In this document: positions 20,311-30,060 of the stretch, piece by piece
Position numbering within the stretch: the stretch's first letter is position 1
Layout: each line of letters opens with the position of its first letter
Assembly (NCBI GenBank): GCA_964535955.1
Contig: CAZHVK010000001.1
Coordinates: forward strand, 62,001 to 115,541
Length of the DNA: 53,541 nucleotides
From: an uncultured Methanosarcinales archaeon
GTDB lineage: Archaea > Nanobdellota > Nanobdellia > Woesearchaeales > CAXGTL01
Direction of reading: 5' to 3'
Program-made: the position numbers and the translations under genes
Notes under the pieces: model-generated
What the model was told of the DNA's origin: nothing
The model's input: the letters and a program-made list of their open reading frames with translations, nothing else
The model's database searches: none

Positions 20311-20466
20311 TTTTCACCTCCTTTGTCTTGTTCTTTTTTGTAACACATATCAGAACAATATCCATTATCTGTTTCTATTACTTTCACTGTACAACAATAG
20401 ATACAATTTTTTTTATTGAGGTATGTAAATTTATGTATATCTTCTTTATATATGTTTCTATTTAAA

Positions 20467-20966
20467 GTAATTATTTAGTATCCTGAAGGATTATTTAGGA
20501 TACTATGCATTCCTTTGAGCACATTCTGTTTATTAAGCCTTAATGTTTGAATTACTGATAGCAACATTGCTGTTGCATTTGCTCCCATTGTACTTCTAGA
20601 ACCATTGCTTATCTTTCTTATAATTACTAATGCTCTTAATTCTCTTTCACTTATATTATTTGTGGGGTCAATATTAGGGTTAGTTACAAACCTAAACAAA
20701 TTCTCAACATCACAATTGTACAAATTTTTAACAAATTTCCAGACTGTCAAATGTTTATAATGCATTTGAGTAAGCTGAAATATTTCTCATTTAATCTGCT
20801 CAACCATCTCAGGATTTCCTTTATGCTCCAACACTTTGGCAAGAGCATATATCTCCTTAAGTTTTCTATGAACATATTTTCCATTAGCTCCGTAATTCTC
20901 AGCAAGCTCTTTTGAATTTTGGGGTATATGCGACCAGCACAGTTGAAGTAGGAATCCTGCATTATA
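20467..20966 (-). mobile_element. IS66-family remnant: right end plus a truncated transposase
   Basis: Transposase motifs QLCWSH and PTNNISERELR...RKISNGSRS. Candidate terminal repeat GTAATTATTTAG at 20467-20478. No left end was found. Confidence 0.75.
20475..20966 (-). pseudogene. IS66 transposase pseudogene, 5' truncated with one in-frame TGA
   Basis: The frame reads NAGFLLQLCWSHIPQNSKELAE...MVEQIK*EIFQLTQMHYKH..., with TGA at 20789-20787 in frame with ORF 20475..20765. Confidence 0.85.
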
Positions 20967-20997
20967 TCACTCAGATTTTATATTGTGCCAAAGTAAA

Positions 20998-21012
20998 GAA
21001 ATGTTTATATAC
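20998..21012 (+). promoter_or_regulatory. Archaeal BRE/TATA promoter of the SGNH gene
   Basis: GAAATGTTTATATAC about 30 nt before the ATG at 21040. Confidence 0.5.
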
Positions 21013-21039
21013 TCTACTTAGTTTCGAAGTCTGAAAATA

Positions 21040-22440
21040 ATGAAAAGAGATAATAGACAAAACAAGTATAAGAAATATAATAGGCAAAATACACAAAAGC
21101 CTAGGATGATTGTTGATGTTAAATTAAAAGATTCTATTAAAAGATATCATGCCTTAATAGGAAGTCTCATTAGTGGTATCTTGTTCTACTTATTATTGGT
21201 AGTATTATATTCTAATCTTGGTGGAGGGCATTTTGAAATCAAAATTAAATTCCTAATATATTTATTTATTTTATTTATAATAATACATCAATTGTTTATT
21301 ATATTTGTTTTAAGAAGAATTAAGGATATAAAAAACTTTTATAAAAATATATGCTTAACAATAATAATTTTTATTGTGTGCGTAATAATAATGATAATTA
21401 GCCTACAGTTTATTCTCCCAGATTCTATGGTTTTTACACATAGACAATGTGATAAATTATTTCACCACTCTTTTATTCCAAACTCAAAAGGAGTTGAATT
21501 TAATTCTGCTGAGGAATTTGAAACAAATTATGTAATTAATAGTATGGGTTTTAGAGATAAAGAGTATAACTTTAAAAAATGTAAACATTGTTTTAGGATA
21601 TTAATGGTTGGAGATTCATTTACAGAAGGAGGTGGGGTACAGGAAAACGAAAGTTTTTCTAATTTAATTGAAGTGGAATTAAATAAGTTATATAATACAG
21701 AAATAGAAGTCATAAATACTGGAATTAGTTCAAATAGTGTAGTTTTAGAATATTTAATGCTAAAATATAAATTAATTAATCTAGAACCAGATATGGTCGT
21801 ATTAAATATAGATATAAGTGATATAATGCAGGATTCTGCTTATCTTAAGGAAGCTACTTTTTCAAGTAATATGGAATTAATGGCTATTAATGGTTGTGGT
21901 GTAACAGAAAAAGATTATAAAATCGAAAATATTTTTAATGTGAAATTCTTTAAATTATTAAATAATATTGCAGATAAAATAATTATTAAATTAGGTATCA
22001 AAATGAAAACAGTAACAAGATATCCTAAAAAAGATATTATGATCACAAATAATAATTATTTAGTCTCTAACATCAAAGAAGTAAATGAATATTGGGATAC
22101 AACTTTTATATATTTAGAACAAATTGTAAATATTACCAAGACTAATAATGTAGATTTAATAATAGTAACTTATCCTTGGGGGCACCAAATTAGCAAAGAT
22201 GAGTGGTCAGAAGGTAGAAAAGCATTTGGTTTCGAAGAAAATAAAATTTATTCACTTAATCCACAAAGAAGAATAATGAGTTTTTGCAAAAAAAAAGATT
22301 TAACCTATTTAGATATAAGTGAGAAATTTATTGAGAGTAAACAAAAGAATTATTATACTTATGATATGCATTGGAATAAAAGAGGACATGTTATTGCTTC
22401 AGAAGCTATGGTTCCAGTAATAATAGAAAATATAGAATGA
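21040..22440 (+). CDS. Membrane-anchored SGNH/GDSL hydrolase (AlgX/AlgJ-like)
   Basis: 3 N-terminal TM segments. INSMGFRD, GDSFTEG, EVINTG and DMHWNKRGH motifs. Confidence 0.88.
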   Translation: MKRDNRQNKYKKYNRQNTQKPRMIVDVKLKDSIKRYHALIGSLISGILFYLLLVVLYSNLGGGHFEIKIKFLIYLFILFIIIHQLFIIFVLRRIKDIKNFYKNICLTIIIFIVCVIIMIISLQFILPDSMVFTHRQCDKLFHHSFIPNSKGVEFNSAEEFETNYVINSMGFRDKEYNFKKCKHCFRILMVGDSFTEGGGVQENESFSNLIEVELNKLYNTEIEVINTGISSNSVVLEYLMLKYKLINLEPDMVVLNIDISDIMQDSAYLKEATFSSNMELMAINGCGVTEKDYKIENIFNVKFFKLLNNIADKIIIKLGIKMKTVTRYPKKDIMITNNNYLVSNIKEVNEYWDTTFIYLEQIVNITKTNNVDLIIVTYPWGHQISKDEWSEGRKAFGFEENKIYSLNPQRRIMSFCKKKDLTYLDISEKFIESKQKNYYTYDMHWNKRGHVIASEAMVPVIIENIE

Positions 22441-23495
22441 TACCTCATAATAAACTTACAATTGATGAAGAAGAAATAAGTGCTGTATCTGAGACTCTTA
22501 GATCTGGGTGGATTATTAGAGGAGAAAAGACTCAACAGTTTGAAAAACAAATCTCTAGTTATATAGGTAAAAAATATGGATTTGGTACAAATAGTGGTAC
22601 GTCTGCTTTGCATCTTTCATTAAAAGCTTTAGGTATTGGTGAAGGAGATGAAGTGATTATTCCTACATATGTGTGTACTGCTTTGCTTGATGCTGCTAGT
22701 TATGTGAAAGCTAAAATCAAGATTGTTGATGTTTCACCTTGTTCAGGAAATATGGATTTTGAGAATATTAAAAAAGCTGTGACTGGTAATACAAAGGCAA
22801 TTATTGTCCCACATATGTTTGGTCTGCCTGCTGATGTTGATAAGATTGTTGAAGTTTGTGCTGATAATAATATTCCAATTATAGAAGATTGTGCTCAAGC
22901 AATTGGTGCTGAATTAAATGGGAGAAAAGTTGGTTCATTTGGTGATTTGAGTGTGTTTTCTTTTTATGCTTCAAAATTAATGACAACTGTACAAGGAGGC
23001 ATGATATTATCTGATAATAGAGAAATTATTGACAATTTTAAAGATATGACTTCATATGATAAACAAGATTATAAGCCAAGACATAATTATCAGATGAATG
23101 ATGTACAAGCTGCTATGGGTTTGAGTCAGTTTGCTAAGTTAAATGAATTTATCACAAAAAGAAGAAGTATTGCACAAACATATAATAATGCTTTATATGA
23201 TCTTTGCCAGAAGAATAAAATTAAAGTTCCTGTTTGTGGTAAAAATAAAAAACATATTTATTATAGATATATTATACAGCATAAAGATCCTGATGTGATA
23301 ATCAATTGTTTGGCTAAGGAAGGAATCAGGGCAATAAAGCCTGTGTTTAAACCATTGCATAAGTATTTTAATCTGTCTGGTTTTGAAAATGCTGAGAACT
23401 TGCATAAAACTTCTGTTTCTATACCTATTTATCCTTTGCTTAAAGATGAAGAAGCAGACCATATTATAAAGAGTTTGGTTGGTTTGGTTAATTAA
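22437..23495 (+). CDS. DegT/DnrJ/EryC1/StrS sugar aminotransferase
   Basis: NSGTSALH, IIEDCAQA and FSFYASKLMTTVQGG motifs. Confidence 0.92.
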   Translation: MIPHNKLTIDEEEISAVSETLRSGWIIRGEKTQQFEKQISSYIGKKYGFGTNSGTSALHLSLKALGIGEGDEVIIPTYVCTALLDAASYVKAKIKIVDVSPCSGNMDFENIKKAVTGNTKAIIVPHMFGLPADVDKIVEVCADNNIPIIEDCAQAIGAELNGRKVGSFGDLSVFSFYASKLMTTVQGGMILSDNREIIDNFKDMTSYDKQDYKPRHNYQMNDVQAAMGLSQFAKLNEFITKRRSIAQTYNNALYDLCQKNKIKVPVCGKNKKHIYYRYIIQHKDPDVIINCLAKEGIRAIKPVFKPLHKYFNLSGFENAENLHKTSVSIPIYPLLKDEEADHIIKSLVGLVN

Positions 23496-23539
23496 GATGG
23501 ATAATGAAAATAAACAAAAGAATAAAAAATAGAAATAAT

Positions 23540-24275
23540 ATGAACAATAATAAAAATAAAATAATAAAGGAATTAAATAGAAAAGAAATCATAAATTTTA
23601 ATGCTTTTTCATCAAAACAGGCTGTTAATAGTTTTAGTAATAGGTGTTATCTGAATCTTGCTGAGAAAAAAAATATTTAATAATTATTTTGTTAAAGAAA
23701 AAGCCAAGTGTTTAGATCTTGGTTGTGGTACAGGAAGAACAACTTATTTTCTTAAAAAAAAAGGATTAAATGTTCTTGGTACTGATATTGTGCCTGCAAT
23801 GATCAAAGCTGCAAAAAAATTATACCCTGGAATCAAGTTTAAGGTTGTGAATGCAGTTAATTTATCTGAGTTTAAAGATGAATCTTTTGATTATGTCTTG
23901 TTTTCTTGCATTGGTTTGGATTATATATTCCCCGAATCAAAGAGGAGGAGATGTTTAAAAGAAGTATATCGTGTATTGAAAAAAGGTGGTGTGTTTGCTT
24001 TTAGCACGAGTAATTCGTTTTGTCTGCCTTATTATAGTGAAATGATTAAAATGAAACTTTATAATTTATCAAAATTAAACATATTTTCCACATATAAATG
24101 GGCTTTTGAAGGAAAGAGCAGATCATATGTGCATTATATTAATCCTTTTAAGCAAAGAAAAGTTCTAAAGAAAATAGGTTTTAGAAATGTCAGGTTGTTT
24201 GGAAGAAATTCTAAAGGAGGTTTGGTAGGAAGTATATTTTTTGATAATGCTCCTTATTATGTTTGTGTTAAATAA
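23540..24275 (+). pseudogene. Class I SAM methyltransferase split by a +1 frameshift in an A8 tract (23666-23673)
   Basis: The ATG 23540 frame reads ...CYLNLAEKKNI*. Removing one A gives LAEKKIFNNYF and joins the LDLGCGTG domain. Confidence 0.75.
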
Positions 24276-24285
24276 TGTTTTGTGT

Positions 24286-25035
24286 TTATTGTTGATTCTG
24301 TTTTTCTGGTTGTTGTTCTTGTTTACTTTTTAAATTGTCTTTATTATCTTTATTAAAAGTAAGTAATAATTCTTTACTCTTATCACCATGGTTAAACATT
24401 AAGTCCATAAAAGACAAATAAGGAATAAATGGTTTAAATCTCTGTCTATATGGCAATGGTTCAAAATCTGAAAACATGTGATTAAGGTTTGCATTTTTGA
24501 AAAGTTGTTCATCAACATAATCTCTTGCTTGACTTCCTGATAAATAAGTGTCTGCACCTGTTGCTTTGCACATCTCGATCAAGAGTTGGTTTTTTCCTTT
24601 TTGGAAGTTGAAATCAGAACTTAGAAGGATCTCTGTGTCTATGTTGACTAATTTTAACATTTTTTTTAGTAGATAATTATCAAGTTCTGATAAAAGACTC
24701 CATTTTTGTTCGTATGTATCTTTGAAAAAATCAGCATATTTGTCAAAAAAGGGTGTGTTTTTATATGAGAAATAGATTGCTTTCCAATGCTTTTTTTGCC
24801 AAGGTATCTGGTTATTGATCTCTACTTGATTCATTTTCTGATGGAATCTGCCTTTTGTGATAACTGGAACTGTAAGCCACATCCAACCTTGTGCTGTTCT
24901 TATCTTATTTCTATTATGAAATTCTTTTTTTTCATACTGCACATGGTCAACTATTATAAACTTATCACATTTGAGAATCTTATAAAATTGTCCTACAAAT
25001 GGCAAATACCTTGGTTGTTGTCCTGCTAGTATCAT
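24286..25035 (-). CDS. wbqC: WbqC-like protein (putative glycyltransferase)
   Basis: QQPRYLPF, DHVQY...NRNKI, WLTVPV, YLSG and LSFMDLMFNHG motifs. Confidence 0.88.
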   Translation of the reverse strand: MILAGQQPRYLPFVGQFYKILKCDKFIIVDHVQYEKKEFHNRNKIRTAQGWMWLTVPVITKGRFHQKMNQVEINNQIPWQKKHWKAIYFSYKNTPFFDKYADFFKDTYEQKWSLLSELDNYLLKKMLKLVNIDTEILLSSDFNFQKGKNQLLIEMCKATGADTYLSGSQARDYVDEQLFKNANLNHMFSDFEPLPYRQRFKPFIPYLSFMDLMFNHGDKSKELLLTFNKDNKDNLKSKQEQQPEKQNQQ

Positions 25036-25061
25036 TTTTAATAGATTCTGGAACAAAGGAA

Positions 25062-25078
25062 TCTTTATAAAGTTTGCG
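25062..25078 (-). promoter_or_regulatory. BRE/TATA promoter of wbqC (probably a leaderless transcript)
   Basis: Minus strand CGCAAACTTTATAAAGA about 30 nt before the ATG at 25035. Confidence 0.5.
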
Positions 25079-25122
25079 AAATTTCATTTGTGAGGAATAT
25101 GATGAGAAGTAATGTGTATATG

Positions 25123-25166
25123 TAATTAATTAATTAATTAATTAATTAATTAATAAATAAATAAAT
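25123..25166 (+). repeat. (TAAT)8(AAAT)3 microsatellite running into a start codon
   Basis: Directly visible upstream of the ATG at 25165. Confidence 0.85.
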
Positions 25167-26301
25167 GGTAATAAATAAAAGATACAAAAATGATGGAGAA
25201 AGTGTACTTAAATTAAATAGTCTTCAGAAGTCTATGGTTAGACTGGTTAATAAAAAGATTGGTAGTGGTGAATATGTTTTTGAAAAGATAAGATGTAATT
25301 ATTGTAAGGGGAATGATTTCAGATGTTTGTCTGAAAAAGATAGATATGGGTTAAATGTTTCAATTGTTGTGTGTAAGAATTGCGGCTTAGTGCAAATAAA
25401 TCCTAGAATGAATCAAAAGAGTTATAATGATTTTTATGATAAAATATATAGAAAATTATATCTTGGTACTGATAAACCTAGAAAAGATTTTTTTAAAGAA
25501 CAATATCTTCATGGTAAAAGGATATATAATCATCTAAGTTCTGTATTACATGGAGAAATAAAAAATAAATTCATTATTGAAGTCGGAACAGGTGCAGGAG
25601 GAATACTTAAATATTTTAAAAATAAAGGTAATAAGGTTTTTGGAATTGATCTTGATTCTGAATATGCTGAGTATGGTAGGAAAAAAGGAATTGATATACA
25701 GATAGGTACTATAAAAACATTAGGTAATGTTATTAAGGATCAGATAAAGGTTGTGGGAAAAAAACCTTGCATTGTAATATATTCAGATGTTCTTGAACAT
25801 ACTCTTGACCCATTAAAAGAAATGAAAGAATTGAAAAAGTATTTGGATCGTGAGAGTTTAGTGTTTATTGCTGTTCCTGGTATTAAAAATCTATATAATA
25901 GTTATAATATGGATTTTTTGAGCTCATTACAAAATGCACATACATATTATTTTTCTCTTAAGACATTGACAAATATATTGAATAAAGCTGAGTATGAATT
26001 AGTAAAAGGTGATGAAACAATAGAAGCTGTGTTTAGATTGAAGAATGTTAGTAAGTTTGGCAAGTTTAGTAAGATTGGCAAGATTAGTAAAGATGATATG
26101 GTTGGTGGAAAGAAACTTGAAAATGATTATGAAGATTGTATAAGATATTTGAAAAGGATTGAAAAGGAAAAATCAAAATTATTAAATTTTCATTTGATAA
26201 GATTTAAATTAACAAAATCATTTATGAAGTTCTTAAAAAAGATCCATGTTTTTAAAATAATTCAAGAAATTTATTATCTATTGAAAAAAATAAGGAGTTA
26301 G
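25165..26301 (+). CDS. Class I methyltransferase with an N-terminal Zn-binding CxxC...CxxC domain
   Basis: CNYC, CKNCGLVQINPR, IEVGTGAG, DVLEH and AHTYYFS motifs. Confidence 0.88.
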   Translation: MVINKRYKNDGESVLKLNSLQKSMVRLVNKKIGSGEYVFEKIRCNYCKGNDFRCLSEKDRYGLNVSIVVCKNCGLVQINPRMNQKSYNDFYDKIYRKLYLGTDKPRKDFFKEQYLHGKRIYNHLSSVLHGEIKNKFIIEVGTGAGGILKYFKNKGNKVFGIDLDSEYAEYGRKKGIDIQIGTIKTLGNVIKDQIKVVGKKPCIVIYSDVLEHTLDPLKEMKELKKYLDRESLVFIAVPGIKNLYNSYNMDFLSSLQNAHTYYFSLKTLTNILNKAEYELVKGDETIEAVFRLKNVSKFGKFSKIGKISKDDMVGGKKLENDYEDCIRYLKRIEKEKSKLLNFHLIRFKLTKSFMKFLKKIHVFKIIQEIYYLLKKIRS

Positions 26302-26355
26302 TTGTAGTTGCAAATTTTAAGAAATGCTAACAATTTATAATCATTATTTGTTGTT

Positions 26356-26449
26356 TGTACCGTACCTCTCTCTGTTTTAGGTTAAAAAAAAGAAAAATTT
26401 ATATATTAGTTCTTGTACCCATACTGTACCAGAATTTTGTTGATAGTAC
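26356..26449 (+). promoter_or_regulatory. neuB operon promoter (BRE/TATA) flanked by GTACC boxes (candidate operator)
   Basis: GAAAAATTTATATA at 26392-26405. GTACC at 26357, 26362, 26415 and 26426; GTAC at 26446. Confidence 0.55.
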
Positions 26450-26523
26450 AAAAAAGAGGACAAAAATATTAAAAATATATGAAAAATATTTTTAAAAAAT
26501 ATAAAAATAGTGGGGTGGTGTAA

Positions 26524-27561
26524 ATGCCAAAAGAGGGATATGAGTCAATAACAATACCAAAAGAAGTGTATGATAAAGTAAGTGGATTTGTTGAGGAGAG
26601 TGATGGAATTGTTTCTACAAGAACGCAAGCTTTTTCTCAAGCATGGGAATTATATGAACATTTTTTTCTTAAAGAGAAAAATCCAGCACCTGTAAAAATA
26701 GGAAATAAAATGATAGGACATAATCAGCCTGTTTTTGTAATAGCTGAACTTGGAATCAACCATAATGGAGATATGAAACTCTGTAAAAAAATGATTGATG
26801 TTGCAGTTGAAGCAGGGTGTGATGCTATAAAGCTTCAAAAAAGATCATTAGATGTTGTGTATACTAAAGATTTTTTAGATGGACCAAGACAAACACCATG
26901 GGGAAAAACAAATAGAGATGAAAGAATACAATTAGAATTTGGTGAAGTAGAATATAAAGAAATTGATAGATATTGTAAAGAAAAAGGAATAATATGGTTT
27001 GCATCTCCATGGGATATAGCAAGTGTGGATTTTCTAGAAAAATTTAATGTTCCATGTTATAAGATTGCATCAGCTAGTTTAACTGATAAAGATCTATTGC
27101 TAAGAATCAAACAAACTGGAAAACCAATTATATTGTCTAATGGAATGAGTACACTTAAACAAACAAGTGCTGCTATTAAGATTCTTGGTGAAAAGAACTT
27201 GGTATTATTGCAATGTACATCAACTTATCCATCAAAAGATGAAGAATTGAATCTCAACAATATCCATACATTGAGGAAATATTATAATTGCCCAATTGGT
27301 TATAGTGGACATGAACCAGGAATCTGGGGATCAATTGTTGCTGTTGCTTTAGGTGCTTGTGTAGTTGAAAGACATTTTACAATGGATAGATCTATGTTTG
27401 GATGGGATCATGCTGCAAGTATAGATTATAATAATCTAGGAGTACTTACTAGAACTGTTAAAAGAATTCCAACAATGCGAGGATCACATAAAAAGAGAAT
27501 ATTAGAGTCAGAAATACCAGTACTTAAAGACCTTAGAAGAGTAGACAATTTATTTGATTAA
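26524..27561 (+). CDS. neuB: NeuB-family nonulosonic acid synthase with an N-terminal ribbon-helix-helix-like domain and no C-terminal SAF domain
   Basis: IAELGINHNGD, KLQKR, KIASAS, CTSTYP, GYSGHE and VERHFT motifs. N-terminus SITIPKEVYDKV. Confidence 0.9.
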   Translation: MPKEGYESITIPKEVYDKVSGFVEESDGIVSTRTQAFSQAWELYEHFFLKEKNPAPVKIGNKMIGHNQPVFVIAELGINHNGDMKLCKKMIDVAVEAGCDAIKLQKRSLDVVYTKDFLDGPRQTPWGKTNRDERIQLEFGEVEYKEIDRYCKEKGIIWFASPWDIASVDFLEKFNVPCYKIASASLTDKDLLLRIKQTGKPIILSNGMSTLKQTSAAIKILGEKNLVLLQCTSTYPSKDEELNLNNIHTLRKYYNCPIGYSGHEPGIWGSIVAVALGACVVERHFTMDRSMFGWDHAASIDYNNLGVLTRTVKRIPTMRGSHKKRILESEIPVLKDLRRVDNLFD

Positions 27562-27619
27562 TGTTTTGGTTTTTTATTTTTTTATTTATTAATCAATATT
27601 AAAATAGGTGATAGGGAAA

Positions 27620-28459
27620 ATGAATATCAAATATGCTGTTTTTGATCTGGATGGAGTATTAAGCAAAGGTAAACAGTTTTCCAAAGATTTTAGTACAGAC
27701 ATATTGTGCGGTGAAAGAGAAAATCTTGACCAATGTAGAATTTTTTTAGATCAAAAAGGAGTTATCCCTATTGTAGTGACAGGAAGATCATTAAAGATAA
27801 CTGAGCCAATAATAGATTATTGTATGAATGGGCACTCTGTGTGTGAACATGGAACAATGATTGTTGATAAAGAAGAAGGCAGAACATACCATCTTATTGA
27901 CAGGGAACAAAAGTTTAAAGATTTGATAAAAGCAAAGGAGCATTTAGAAAAATTTATATCATGTGCTAACAAATTTGATGAAATATTAAGACAAAGGTTT
28001 CCAAAAGAAAAAATAGATAGAAAACAAGATAATCTACATATCTTAACTTATGAGTTTAAAAGTCCAAAAGGTAAAAAGTTTGCAAAAGAACTTTATCAAT
28101 ACATACATGATAAGTTTTTTCCTAAACAAATCAAAGAAGATTTGAAGAAAAAACATTTATTATTAAAAACATGTGATATGGCATTTGATATAATGCCTGG
28201 AGTCAGTAAAAAAGAGGGTCTTAGGCATATTCTGACTAAGTTAGGAATCAATCCAGAACATGTAATTATTGCAGGTGATTCATTTCATTCTGATGGAGAA
28301 ATGATGCAGGCAGTGGAAAATGGTGTTTGGATTTGTCCTGCTAATTCTGACAGCAGGATGAAGTTAACAATTGAAGCTAGGGGAGAAAAAGGATATGTTT
28401 CAACAAAACCATATTTTGAAGGTACAATGGAAGGGTTGAAGTATTTTTTAGGAAATTGA
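27620..28459 (+). CDS. HAD-superfamily (IIB/Cof-like) phosphatase
   Basis: FDLDGVL, VTGRS, EHG, SKKEG and GDSFHSD motifs. Confidence 0.85.
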   Translation: MNIKYAVFDLDGVLSKGKQFSKDFSTDILCGERENLDQCRIFLDQKGVIPIVVTGRSLKITEPIIDYCMNGHSVCEHGTMIVDKEEGRTYHLIDREQKFKDLIKAKEHLEKFISCANKFDEILRQRFPKEKIDRKQDNLHILTYEFKSPKGKKFAKELYQYIHDKFFPKQIKEDLKKKHLLLKTCDMAFDIMPGVSKKEGLRHILTKLGINPEHVIIAGDSFHSDGEMMQAVENGVWICPANSDSRMKLTIEARGEKGYVSTKPYFEGTMEGLKYFLGN

Positions 28460-28547
28460 TTGTTTTTAGTTTAATTGTATGTTTGGTGTTTTGTTATTTG
28501 CCTTTTGATATCTTTTTGAAAAAAAGAGGTTCTCAATGTGATGAAAA

Positions 28548-29333
28548 ATGGAAAAAAAACTGAAAATAATTGCATTAATACCTGCAAGGGGTGGATCTAA
28601 GTCTATACCTAAAAAGAATATTGTAAATCTTGGTGGATACCCTCTTATAGCTTATACTATTGCTGCTGCTAAATTATCAAAATATATTGACAGAGTGATT
28701 GTCACAACAGATGATGAAGAAATTGCTAGTATTGCTAAAGAATATGGAGCAGAGGTTCCTTTTCTAAGGCCTAAGGAAATATCACAAGACAATTCTTTAG
28801 ATATTGATTTCTTTGTTCATGCTTTAGATTTTCTTGAGAAAAAACAAGGATATGTACCTGATTTAATAATACATTTAAGACCAACAACTCCTTTAAGAGA
28901 TTATAAAATTATGGATAAAGCAATTGGAGAGATTATCAATGATAAAAAAGCTACTTCTTTAAGAAGTGCTCATGTTTCAGAACAGACAGGATACAAATTG
29001 TTTAGAATGAATAATGGTTTTTGTAACTTTTTTGGAGAATCTGATCATGAGATTATAGAATATTATAATATGCCCAGACAAGCATTACAAAAAACATATA
29101 ATCCTAATGGGTATGTAGACATAATAATCCCAAAAACATTGAAAGAAACAGGTTTACTACATGGAAAATTTATCAAAGCATTTATTACAGAAAAAATTGC
29201 AGATATTGATGTTTATAGTGATTTTGATTTTGCTAAAACAATTGTAAAAAAAGAGGAATTCAGAGAATTAATCAAAAAGTTAGAGGGAATTAAAAATGGG
29301 AAACTACTTGGAGACAATTTACTTTACAAATGA
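28548..29333 (+). CDS. neuA: Acylneuraminate cytidylyltransferase
   Basis: IPARGGSKSIPKKN, PFLRP, HLRPTTPLR and DID motifs. Confidence 0.92.
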   Translation: MEKKLKIIALIPARGGSKSIPKKNIVNLGGYPLIAYTIAAAKLSKYIDRVIVTTDDEEIASIAKEYGAEVPFLRPKEISQDNSLDIDFFVHALDFLEKKQGYVPDLIIHLRPTTPLRDYKIMDKAIGEIINDKKATSLRSAHVSEQTGYKLFRMNNGFCNFFGESDHEIIEYYNMPRQALQKTYNPNGYVDIIIPKTLKETGLLHGKFIKAFITEKIADIDVYSDFDFAKTIVKKEEFRELIKKLEGIKNGKLLGDNLLYK

Positions 29334-30060
29334 ATATGGTAAAAAAGAATATCCTCAAAAATTGTGCAATTATATATATAGGAGATTCTTTAGAAGATAT
29401 ATAATTAGGAATGCCATTAAAAATGATTTAAATGGAAATGGAAATTCTAAAAGTTCTGCAGGATTTAAATTATTAGATATTGGAAGCGGCAAAGGAAACC
29501 ATTTGGTTGGTTTTTCAAGACGAGGAATTGAGACATATGGGATAGACAAAAGAGATGAATGTGTAAATGTTCTAAAAGATTTTGATATAAGAGATTGTGA
29601 TATTGAAAAAGATAAGTTTCCTTTTAAGGATAATTATTTTGATTTTGTGTTTTCTAAATCTGTGTTAGAGCATGTTAATAATACGGATAATTTTCTGAGT
29701 GAAACATTAAGAGTGTTAAAGCCTGGAGGAATAGCTGTTATGATGACTCCTGACTGGAAAAGTCAGATGAATTTTTTCTGGGATGATTATACACATGTGA
29801 AAGCATTCACAAGAAAAAGTCTGCAAAATGCGTTTAAGATGAATAATTTTTCAAATGTAATTTGTGAATATTTTTTGCAGCTGCCTGTTTTGTGGAAGCA
29901 TGGCTGGTTAAAGCCATTTATTTTTATTATTTCATTTCTTCCTGATTGTCTTAAATGGGGGGATAAAGAAGAGAGTAATCCAAGAAAATTGATAAGATTT
30001 TCAAAAGAAAAAATGCTGCTTGTAGCAGGTGTTAAAGGTGTTAAAAATGGGAATAGATGA
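29296..30060 (+). CDS. Class I SAM methyltransferase
   Basis: LLDIGSGKG, KSVLEHV, RVLKPGG and DDYTH motifs. Confidence 0.9.
   Translation: MGNYLETIYFTNEYGKKEYPQKLCNYIYRRFFRRYIIRNAIKNDLNGNGNSKSSAGFKLLDIGSGKGNHLVGFSRRGIETYGIDKRDECVNVLKDFDIRDCDIEKDKFPFKDNYFDFVFSKSVLEHVNNTDNFLSETLRVLKPGGIAVMMTPDWKSQMNFFWDDYTHVKAFTRKSLQNAFKMNNFSNVICEYFLQLPVLWKHGWLKPFIFIISFLPDCLKWGDKEESNPRKLIRFSKEKMLLVAGVKGVKNGNR

Noticed and set aside
20787..20789. In-frame TGA as evidence of stop-codon reassignment
   Set aside because: Many intact genes here end in TGA (for example glyA and folC), and the transposase is truncated anyway.
20747..20962. 71-aa ORF in the track
   Set aside because: Wrong frame. The IS66 QxCWxH motif lies in the neighbouring frame, continuous with 20475..20765.
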